Translations under genes and position numbers: made by a program | Assembly: GCA_051362555.1 (NCBI GenBank) | Contig: CM120640.1 | Coordinates: forward strand, 34,181,967 to 34,245,966 | Length of the DNA: 64,000 bases | DNA from: Lingula anatina | Taxonomy: Eukaryota > Animalia > Brachiopoda | Reading direction: 5' to 3' | Shown here: positions 24,501-36,500 of the stretch, piece after piece | How the letters are laid out: every line of letters begins with the position of its first letter | Numbering within the stretch: position 1 is the stretch's first letter | Notes under the pieces: generated by a model | Database searches by the model: none | What the model saw: the letters and a program-made list of their open reading frames with translations, nothing else | Told to the model about the DNA's origin: nothing

Positions 24501-27500
24501 TATAATGCAGCCTGTTAGCTCCCCTAAACCTGCAGCTGAACCAGCCCAACCAGAAAGCAGCAGCACAACTTTGACAGCTGATGCACAAAAGACAAGCACT
24601 ATTACTGAACCAAAATTTTATACAGTAAGAATTTGGAAACTCTTAAGTCTTTATTTGTTTTCTTCTTTACCTCTTATCCTGCTTATTAATGTTTTAAAAA
24701 TCCACATAAAATTGTAGTGTTGACTTCAAAATAGTAGCTTATATCTCATTATATTGCTAATTCTGCTTTTACCTGATGATAGTTTATGTTTATTCTAGGA
24801 GACTATGGGTCCTCCCCTTGAATTGCCCCCAAAGTCTAAACTTAGTAAAGGAGAAAAAACACAAGCGGAAAAATCTGAGGAAGTATGTATTGAATTTCTT
24901 TGGTATAAGCCACATTATTTAAATGTTAACACATTAAATTTTTTATGAAACAATATTGATAAAACATTCTTGTCCTAGAATGAAGGAAAAGTGAAGAAAG
25001 TATATGCTGTGGTAATAAAAATTGTCCACTTTCCTCTAATATTTGAGTCTTTATTAAGTTAAGTTCCTATATTGTTATATATTGTTCCTATGTTGTATAT
25101 CCTATATTCCTATAGTTAATTTTATATTCTGTTTTGGCATAAAACATAATTGGTAATACTAATTCATTATATCTAAGGAGAATATTTTTTTTCACTTCAG
25201 GATACCATTGCTCTTCGAACCAGATCCAAGCTTCCTTTAAAGGACACCCCCCTGGATGTGATAGAGTCTTCCTTTGTGGCCCCAGACATCACTCCTGATA
25301 TGTATGACTTTGAACATGATGACCAGGAATGGACAGGGTTCTTGACTGGGCTGCTCAAGGATGATGGTATGGCTTTGTCATATGCTTGCTGTTTCCTTTT
25401 TTATTAATTTTTTATGGAGCATAAGAACACATTTATTATAGTAATCAGAGAAGGAATTATATATTTGATAGATGTAAACTCAGTTATGAGGTTATTGGGA
25501 AAGGTATTTGATGTGCTCTGTAATTTAGATGTTTATATCTGTAAGACACAAAAGTATCAGCTGAATTTTTTCCTACCCCCTTTTTTCCAATTATGAACAC
25601 AAAATAAAAACTTTTATTCTTTTGGAAGTCATAATATAGGACATAAAATAAAAGTGCCATTTTGATTATTTGACAAATTCTGAAAAGCATTTTGGTAGGT
25701 AGGAAAAGTCCCCCATTCATTTCATTGCATGTTTTTTTTATTACTTTTTATCCCTGCCAATGTGAAACTTATACTTTTCATTTCAGACCCCAGTTTGTTT
25801 GATGCAGTAGAAGATGAAAGCATGGATGACCCAGAATATAACTTTCTGGCTGATGAAGAAGAAGTGGATGAGGAGGATTACAGAAATGATCAATCTGTCC
25901 GGGTGTCAAGTAAGGCATTTCATTAAATTAGATATTATTTTATTCAACTTGGAAATGTTTTCTCTCAAAATTTGTATGTAAAACAAGAATCCATTACTAG
26001 TGACATCTGCACAAAAGAGGAACTGTGAAAGTCTTTAATTGTTTGCCTTATTTAAAAGAGGATACAGTTTGTCTAAAAAGGTGATACTTCAACACTTAAT
26101 GCAAGTATAGACAATGCTTTAAAAATCGCCAGATGTTTATGAGTGTCTTAAATTTGTCTTTCATTGGACAGTCTTAGATAATATCAATGAGCTTTCCCTT
26201 ACTGTCTTCAGAAAAAGAACTGAATGAATTAATGGATGAAGTATTTGAGGCCTATGGTGGCTGGGAGGGGCTGGAGCAAGATGATGACAAGATTGAAGAG
26301 GAGATGTGGACTCAAGGATTATTACAAGGAACTAGCTGCAAGTAAGGCCAAAAAATATATAAAAAGGGGAAAAAATAGACATTTTTGTGATTAATACAGT
26401 GAAATTATTAAACAACTTATTTTCTTAATTTAGTATATGTAATAATTATTAGCTTTAGTTGTATTTCTCTATATGTATGTATTGTACATTATCAACACAG
26501 AAATGTTGTATTTAGCTACAATAAATTATCTGATAAATAAATTGAAATGCCAAGTTGAAATATAACACAATTTTTAACACGAAGAAATTTTTATTACACA
26601 GTGAAAATGAGCATAATGAAATATACTTGATGTTTCTTCAGAGTTGACAACAGGCTTGTTTCCAAGATGGTGCAAGATGGAGAAGTGGTTAAGAAAAAAG
26701 ACAGTAAAAAGAAAGTAAAAGAAGCTGATAAAATCCCTCAAGTAACTCCAGAGGAGAGGGCACAGTTGGATCTACAAATGAGAAAGGTAAAATGTATTTT
26801 TTAATCAAAATTTAAAATTTGTATTCTACTTGTAGATAAACGTATGAAAAATAAAAAAAGTTGAATAAACTTGGCTCATGTTTTTTAAAGACAAATATAT
26901 CTTAATGATTAATGAATTGAATACAGCATAAATTAACAAAATGAAATTAAAGAATAAAAAAGGTATAGCAGAAATGTCTTGCAAGTTTGACTACTGTCTC
27001 TTCACACATTTTTCACTGATATTCACTGTATTCACAAACATTTCTTACAGCATGTGCAGTTGTTAACCCAGATGTTTGTGCTCTCCAAACCAATACCAGA
27101 TTATTCAGAGGTGGCCTCAGCAAGTAGAAAACTCTTGGTGAGTTCATTCCTACCACTTGTAACATAATGCTTTATGTTTTAAGGCTTTTGAATTAGATTT
27201 GCTTTATCGAGTCTGTATTTGGGTTATTCCTGAAGGAATACTGGAGAGGGGTGAAAAAGTTCTTCTTAAAGAGGTTTGTCTTGCAGTGCCTCGAAAAAAT
27301 TGCGTATGGATACGAGGATACAAGGTTGGAAATCTTGAATTTCTTATTATGAATAGTAAAAAAGGAATTTGTTATTGCAACATCACTTAATAAATTTCAC
27401 TGGGTTGATATGATATGTCATTCCAGGAGGAAGTAGATCTGTTCAGACAGAAGTCCCAGGCAGGTGCCTTGTCAGCATTCAATGCCCTCAACTTGCCAGA

Positions 27501-30500
27501 TGCTCTGACAGTGGTGAAGAAAGAAGACGAACAGGTCTTCCCGTGTGTGACTGTCACAAATCTGAAAAAGAAAAGAGGCAAAAGGGGTAAGGGCGCAGTT
27601 TAGAAATGCATCAAGTGAATGTTTATTTCTCCCTTGCGACTTATCTCAGTTGATGATGTACTCTACCTTGTTCAAGCAAGCAATTTTTTTTAATAAGCAG
27701 TTTGCAAAAAAGAATTATTGTATTATTTAGTTTATGATTAAAAAGAAAAAATATATATTATGTGTTTTCATATTATAATTGTATTATTAATCGTATATTT
27801 TAGTGTTCGACCCACCAGAACTAAATAGCCACCAGATGTCAGTGTTTGTCAACAATACTGTCTTCATGTACCCTTGGTTGGTTCCACAAAGTGGGCTCTT
27901 CCCAAGTACAGTGATGTTCCCGCAGAAAGTGTTCTTCACAGAAGCAGAAGACAAGTAAGTGATGTTGATATTTGAACCATGATTTATAAAGGAATTGCAT
28001 TTTCTATTTTTCTGACATAATTGTAACAGGTCTATCTCGTCACAGAAATAAACGTCTGGACCTGACATTACTTAGAGATGTGTGTATGGGTGTTTGTGTT
28101 TGTAGAATTCAACATCAAGACCCCTCAAGACTCAAGTCCTTATAAAAAAACTGCTCCCTTGACTTCACTGCCATTTATTTCAGCACTTTTTATCATACAT
28201 TATTTAGGAGGTTGATATATTTAAGGTTAAACTAGTTAAGGGTCAGCATATTTTAAGTTGTGCAAATTTATATCATGTTTTTCTCTATGAAATGATTTTT
28301 CATTTCAGTCTTTTGGCTCTTGGCGAATACCAATTCAGTGCATTCATGAAGAGATCAGAATTGATTAGATATTTTCTCTTGCCAACCAAATCGGCAACAC
28401 AGATTCGGATAAGGACAAAGAACATGTGTGCTACAAAAAAGGGGGATAACTTGATCAAGGTAAATATTTGTTTTATTGTTCAAAGCTAAAGTTAATCCCA
28501 AGTGTAAATATTATAGTCTGATGTTTCTTGTGTATATTTTCTTTCTCTTCTTTCTGTCTGTCTCACTCTGTTTTCATTGCTTTTGCTACATTTATGGCAC
28601 ATATCCATAATGAAATTTGTGAGACAGATGTAATCACTGAACCTGTAAATTTGAAATCCATACTGGGCTTGTTATAAAAGTAATTAAAAAAAAAACAGTG
28701 AATTGAGTATAAGATAACTGATCAAAATGAATACATTACATGAAAGCAGCAGGAGAAATATAATGATGCTTATGCCTTATAATGACTATCAAACTGTTCA
28801 AACTCATTTATTTTCAGAGAGTAAAATCAGGAAAGTTTGAACCCCAAATGCCAATTTTTTATGAAACATTGGATCTGACAAAGATAAAACCAATCATTGA
28901 ACTGGACTGCACTCAACAGCCATGTTGGATAGAGGTATTCTTAGACTGGGTTCCCACAGATTTAGATTGATCCATCTAGATCGACATAACTCCCTGGGGG
29001 TTCATGCTAAATTGCTGTCAGCCGAGCGCGCACGAAAGTTAATTACCCCCTCACAGCTTTCAGTAGGCGGGACACATTTAAGCCGGCTAAGCTGACTGCA
29101 TTCTAGTGAGACTCTCCACGGGGATAGGTCGATCTAAAATCTGTGGGAATGCCGTCTTAAACTTATGCTGGACCTGTCTATTCATTCTGAAGTACATGAA
29201 ATTATACTAATGTATTGTTTTCATTTGGAGCATTTTTAAATATTAGAATATGGCAACTAATGGTTGTTAATTGGTGAAAACGTCTGTCTTTCAGAAGTAC
29301 CATAAAATATTTTCAAAGGAAGGATCCAAGAAAAAGAGAAAGACAAAATTGAAAAAGCATAATAAGGAAAAAGACAAAGGAACACAAGGTGAAAATAAGA
29401 ATGGTCAAGGAGAAAATGAAATACATGACACAAAAGATATCGGTACAGATTCCGAATGTTCCACATGTTGTTCCTCATGTGGTTCTTCATGTGACTGTAC
29501 TTCTGGATCAGAAGACGAGGAAATGAACAAAATTTCAAAAGATACCACAATTAGCCCATCGTGCGGTGGAAACCCCAATGACAAGGGTGAGACCACCCAA
29601 AAACCAAATTTTCAAAAGGAGACGGAGACAGCTGAGGAGGACCCGGCTTTAAGAGACCACTCTGATGTGGGCTACAGCAAACACAAAGGTATCCAAATCC
29701 ATTATGGGACCAGCGGGAGAAGCACTCCCACCTCAGGCACCACCACCATTTCTATACAGGCTGATCAGGCAAACAGAAATAGCCCCACACAGTTTGTGTC
29801 CATCCAAAAATTTCAAAGTTCAGCTGAAACATCATCTTGTCAGGCTAATCCTACAACTTCAGTGCCTGCTTCTTCAGGAGGGGCTGGCAGTGGAAAAGGA
29901 CCTAAAGTGGACCCAAGAAAACCTCACCTAAAGCCGATTGCTCCAGCACTTACAGGTGGACCAATCATCATAGTTGCAGGTCCTCAGCAGATGGGAGCCA
30001 TTATCAGTACAGATAAAACCTCTGGTGCTGTCATTCTCAATCAGCAGAGTCCTCAACAACAGCGAAGTACCAGTCCAGTGCTTATAATGACCAGTCCACA
30101 GGTGGTCAGCCAGCAGGTGGCCACCGTGAATGAAAGTAGGAGTGTGACTGTCCAGTCAGTGTCCAGTGTACCGACATCTGGTGGTAATGTCATTGCAAAT
30201 AGCAGCATTGTTACTGTTCTTCCTTGCTCTGAATCACGGACTTTGAATTCTGGAGTGAATGGAAGTGGAGTCCCTAATGTTACTGTTAATGCAACTGCTG
30301 CAACTCAACAAAATTCCCCAGTTGTTGGTAAAATTGGTGCTGAAGTGTCTAGCCAAGAGAATGCCAAAAGTAAAGCTATAACTCTTAATGAGAACAGCCA
30401 TGCTTCTAGTGATATAGGGGTTACGATAAGCATGCCAACAGGAGACACATTGCCAGAACCTGCTGATGAAGAAAAAGGCAGTAATGACAATGATATTGCT

Positions 30501-33500
30501 ACTGCTGCAGCTCTTCTACATGTCTCCAAGTTTGTGAGTGAAACAGGCACAGAGGTGTGTAGTCAAGAGAATGAGATAACTAAAACTACAAGTCTTAATG
30601 AGGACAGTCGTGCCTCCAGTGATATAGGGGTTACTATAAGCATGCCAAACCTAACAGGAGAGGGGTTGTCAGAATCTGCTGTTGTCCAGAAAGGCAGTAA
30701 TGACATTGACAATGACAATAACAATGCAACTGCAACATCGGAGGCTTTGGAAATGGCTGGATTGAACAACATGTCACCGGTGAAGCCAAAGGACTTGGAC
30801 AATGATTCAAATTCGCCTACTAAATCAGCTGTTCAAATCATGGCCAGTGTTGCAGGTTTTATGATCACACCCCCGAAAAGAGTGCTGAACTTAAATGAAG
30901 ATGCTCTTCATTCTCCACCACAAATAGGGAATTTCTCAAAACTTTCAACTCAGAAAGCTGTGAAAATGCCTCAGTTGGTCTCTCCAAGATGCAGAACTAT
31001 TGCACCAAAGACTCCAGAGAAAACGCCAACAAAAACCGTTTCGCCTTTTCTGAAAAAAATCCAGAAAAGTCCCAGAAGACAACTGCTGCAGCAACAAGCT
31101 AGGGCAATTCTTCCAAAAGGATTTATTTTCACAGCCCCCTCCGTATCTCCATCTAAAAAAGCTGCCCACGCTATAACTGAGAAAATCAAAAGAGGTGGTT
31201 TGTCAAGAAACATGCCCACAATCCTAAGGCGGAGTAGTCGTTTGAGACAACTTCTGCCAAAGGATCCAGCCAAGGAAAGTTTTGACACTCAGGTTGTCCC
31301 TGAGGGCGACATCCCAGATGAAGATGAAGACCAAGATGACGATCTTGCCGATGCTGATGCTGAAGCTGCCAGTGAATATGACACCATGGAATCTGAGTAT
31401 GTATCTGATGAAAATCAACAGGACAAGGAAAACCAGGAAGATGCGAGTAAGATTAAACCTCAGACTAAGAAGAAATTGACCAAAAAGAGGACGACCCAGA
31501 GGAAAACTAATCGAGTGATTGGTCCACCGAGTGATGGAAGTGATGATGAGGATGAAAGCCCAGATGAAGATGATCATCTGGCACAACTAATGGCGGCTAG
31601 TTCTACTATTGGGTAAGAAAGATTTTTTGCTAACAAATCTTTTGTATCTCATAGTTTGTGACTTTTATTTAAAGCTATCTTTTTGAGGGTTTATAACCCT
31701 TGTAAACAGGTGAAGAGCAAACATCTTTCTTTTTTATGACATTTTTTTTTACTTAATTGTTGAAGAATAAAACAAAATTTGATTAGTTTTTGGTTTTTTT
31801 TTAATTTAGATTTTTATGATAATGAATCTCGGTCCTGTAAGAAGAAAGATGTTCAGTCACAGCAAAAAATGAAAAAGCTGCAAGACATTAATTAAAATCA
31901 AGATTGGTTTTCACTGTCATAAAAAGAAGATAAACAACATCTAATTATTTTAGATTCAATCCTCAAAAGAGATCTTCCCTACAAATGAGCAAGAAAAGTA
32001 AGGCAAAGAAGAGAAAGGAGGCAACACTAGCTATGTTAATGCCAAATCTTATTGAAGCCGATACCTTGGTAATATTCATAAAAAGTTGCTTCATTGAAAT
32101 ACTTTTTAAAAAATATTGACTGTGGTTTAGAGTAAAACTGAAATAAGGACAAGATCTCATAAAGATGCATGTTAAGATAATTCTTTATTTTAATCTATTA
32201 AATAATGATTACAAGATTTCACATTTAATAATTCTCTGTAAATATATTTCAATATATGAGAAAAAGTCACCTTTCAGTATTGAGATGAAAAAGTTAAACT
32301 TTCAGTGGGAGCTTTCAATGTTTCAAAATTAAAATTGTATGGCTCAGTTTTCAAAGGGAGGTCAGATTTTAAGGTCAGGCTACTATGACAGCTTCATCTT
32401 GTGCATAGAATAGTCTTATAATTGATTTACTCTTTAATCTTACAGAAAGATGAAAAGGACACAGCCTTTGCCCAAGCCTACTTAACTAAAGTGAAGGAAA
32501 CTTTGAAGAATGACCTCGACACCTATGAAAAGTTTCTTAGAACTTTGTATGAGTTTGAGAAGAGTCAAAGTTCACCAGTGCAAGTAATTAATATCTTTCA
32601 CTCTTTTTCTTTGTAATTTAATTCAGTATTCAGATAAGTTTAACAAGTGTGATTTAACACCTGCAGGGTTAATTAAGAACAAAAAAAACATTTTCATTCA
32701 TAAATTGTTAAAGCACTCAGTTTTTCAGTTCCAAAAAGCTATGTAGTTCATTAGCACAGTTGGAAGTTCCTAATAATACGAAGCTGTCTGTATCTGCTAA
32801 ATGTCATATGTATGGAACACATTATGCGGTTATCTTTCAGCCGGCTCTGAAATATTTAACATCTTTAAATATGAATGGAATCCCTACTGATATACAGTGC
32901 CTGATTGAGTTCTGGTCGAAGATTTATTCGTTGACATCCTGAGAGTCCTCGTCTAATTTCCAAGATTATAGTTAAGATGGACCAGATGTAGAAAGTTTAG
33001 TTCTAGAAATTATGTATTCAGTCAGATGTCTAAGATACATTTCAGAGAGTTGTTGTCTGATCTCGCGCGGATGTCACAAACACTTTCATTGGCTTTTTAC
33101 TGGCAAAGTTGTTTTGCTGCAGCTTACGTGTCTTTGAAATGAATAGAGTTTTCAGCTCGGACCTGAACCTGTTCCCACAGATGCAGTACAGAAAAAAATT
33201 AATGCTGTGATTAGTGTATGTTAAGAAACTTGCAACTGTGGACAGCAGTGAATAGAGTCCCATATCTCTGGATGTTCTTTGAAATGTTGAATATCTCACA
33301 ATGATCAGCATGACGTGAGGCAGTGAGAGAATCAGAAATGAGATGGAGACTGTCAGGAGCAGGATCATTACTTTTCTGTTCTGCTGGTAATACTTTGGAA
33401 AGAGAAGTTGAGCTCTAGTTATGTTGAATTTCTTACTCCTGGCTTTAGCTTTACTTAATTCTCTCAACAAAAGACTGTTTAGTATAAGCAATAAAGTGCT

Positions 33501-36500
33501 TGGAAAGAATGAGTACAAAACTCCATCAATCCAAGGCCAGATGAATTGTCCGAAGTTCTCAAAGTCAGTTGAAATGGTGCAGAAACCACGAGTATTTAAA
33601 GAAGCTGTCCAGAAAAAGTGTATGTTTGCCAGGACCAATAGTGTTGCAAGTCCTGTTATCAGCCTTAGGGCATTTCTTGTTGATTTCCACTGAAAGGGGT
33701 CATGAATAGCAGCAAATCTTTCTGCAGTCATGATAACTATCATCCAAACAGCAAAATAATATCCCCAGAAGTGAAGAAAGGTAATCCCTTTGCAAAAATA
33801 GTCATTTTGGTTCAGGACGTCAAATCCAGTGAGGTGAAATACCCAGCGTCTTGTAGCACCAATGAGAAGGACCAGGTTATCTGCCAAGGCCAACACTCTA
33901 GTATGATAGCTGATCACTCTGTTTCTTCTTTGGATTTTTTTCTGTCCCATCACCACAAAGTTTGTTGTATTTCCGAGGAGTCCAGTTATGATTAAAACAG
34001 GCAACATATACTGGTTTAGAACTGTGGAGATTTGATAATATGTTGTATCATGTAACTGTTCCCAGAAGGCTGAATTAGAGTAATTTTCCATCTTCAATGA
34101 AGTGTACTACTTTTTCTTAAGAAGAAAATTGATGAAGTTCAGTTCTTCAATACAATCACAGTTTACGTCAGTCTTTATCTTAGATCTGTAGCATCTGTTT
34201 TAAAGTGATCCTTTCTTAGAAAAAAAATCCCGATTTTCTCTTCCATGGTGTTGAATTTTAGTGCAATCCTCTCTTATCAATTCTTGCTAAGCTTTCGGCA
34301 GATCTACCTCATTTTTCAGCACAGATGTAGAAATGTATTATTTATATTGTTTGGCGCCTTGTAGAATAATTGTTTTTTGTTGCTAAAAGGCTCAATCCCA
34401 TCCAGCTGTGTTTTGTTGTTTTATCAAATGATAAGGTGTTTTTTGTACACTATTGTAGTTTGATCTGCTAGCTTGTTTACTCCCTAGTAACAGTGTTTGT
34501 GGTTCAAATGATTCAATTTGTGGCCTTAACAGAAAAAATGGCTCTGGTCAACCTTTCCATCCTTTCTGACAGTTGTATTTGACAACTCAACATTTGTATT
34601 CTGTCCATTGTTTTTTTCTTTGATTTAAGATTTTCTAGAAGTCCTACATGTAAAATTGTCTTAAAAGTTACAGTATTTCATTTAGTATACATTCCTTGAT
34701 GTACTTACTCAGTTGAAATTAATTTTTTTGAGAAATTAAATACTTTAGCAAGAATGAAGCACCTTTTGACATATGATATTCAAACACAGGTCACAGGCAT
34801 TTGCTGAATTGATTAAAATATAGGGCATAGAGTATTGGATTAATTTAAAAATACCTTGTACTTTGGGTAGAGACCTTGAAAGCTAAGTTCATTTGAAAAA
34901 AAAATGTTTTACATAATGTCTGTACTGAAGTAAAGGATGATTGATAATATTTTTAATATTTAACCAATGAAACATTTTTTTTTAGTATAGGGGATTAATA
35001 TATTTATATTTTACAAATCACAAACCAAACAGATTTTTTCCTTTTTCGGCTGTTATTTTAAAAATCAGAATAGTTTTGTAAGCTAGATTGGTGTTGCCTC
35101 TTCGCGGATATTGATGTTGTGTCCTGTCAATGAAGCTATGTAGCTCCTGAAATGATGGTGTGGCCATTTTAAAATTGTTTTTAATGTGTTTAAACATATT
35201 TTAAAAGAACACTTGCTTCAAAATCAAACATCTTATGTCAACGTCATAAATTATATGATAAATCTCTTATCTGCATTGTAGTGAAGCTTTGATAATTCCA
35301 GTCATATTATTGTTTCCCATTCCAGCTGTATAACAGTATCAGAATATTGCTAGGGAACTTCCCAGACCTGGTGAATGACTTCTCAGGTTTTCTTCTCCCA
35401 GAGCAGGCAGTGGAGTGTGGCTGCTTCATGGCCAACAAGGAGTTTGAGAAAGTCAGGATTTTTTTGAGGAAATTGGAGGTAAAGAAATATTGTATTGTTA
35501 TAAATTTTTTTTTATACTTGAAAGTGCATTTGCTCTGATTTCAAAAGTTGATAATGTTTTTGTTTTTTTTTTTTTTTTTGAAAATGGAATATTAGGTGTC
35601 TACATTGGTTGCAATAGACTTGCTTAATCATGGTGTGTAATTAGCATTGGTTTAATAAGGAAATTGTTGCTGATTCAGGTGTTTAACGTAGAATTTTTAA
35701 ATGTCAAATGCTGGACAGGTGTTAAACATAGAAAGTGCTGTTAATTTAATTGTTCGTAATCTATTATTCTTATTATTTTTTTGTGCCAATTGAATTGCAA
35801 TTATATCTATCTAATCTATATTTAGGTTTGTTTTGGGAGGGATTCAAGTCACTATCAAAAGATCCTGAAGGTATTTTCTCGTTGGCAAAACAAAGGCAAA
35901 GGAAATGTTGAAGAGCTGAAGACCACTGTGAAACCATTGCTCAAAGGACAGGCACATTTACTGGAAGAATTTTCTACATTTTTTATGGATGCAAGGCCAC
36001 CAGAAAGGTAAAATTGGTATTGAAAATGTATATGTGTTCATGTATAATCACTTCTACAAACATATTACACTAGAATCTTTCCTATATCCACACAGAACTT
36101 AATAAAAAATAAGTAAGGGGTCAGATATTATATTGCACATATATACAAACATCTTTATTTGCCAAAAGACAGAAACACACGGCATGCTTATGATGATGAA
36201 ATTTTACAACAGGTCAATGTCTACACTTTAACTAAAAGTGTACCTGTATTTGCTCATTTTCATCAGAATACATGACATGCTTTTTCCAAAACCTTGAAAC
36301 AGTCCAGAAAAGCATGACCATATCAGCTCTTGTTGCCAAAGTTGACAGCAGATATATGATCAGTAAAATTCTCTTTCTTATTCCAGTCAAATGAATTGTT
36401 TTGAAGAGGTGAACCTAAGTGACAGTGGGGATGAAAGCAAGATGGCTGCCCTCGACGGTTTTGAAATAGTGGAACTTCCTGAAGAAGACACAGACTGTGG

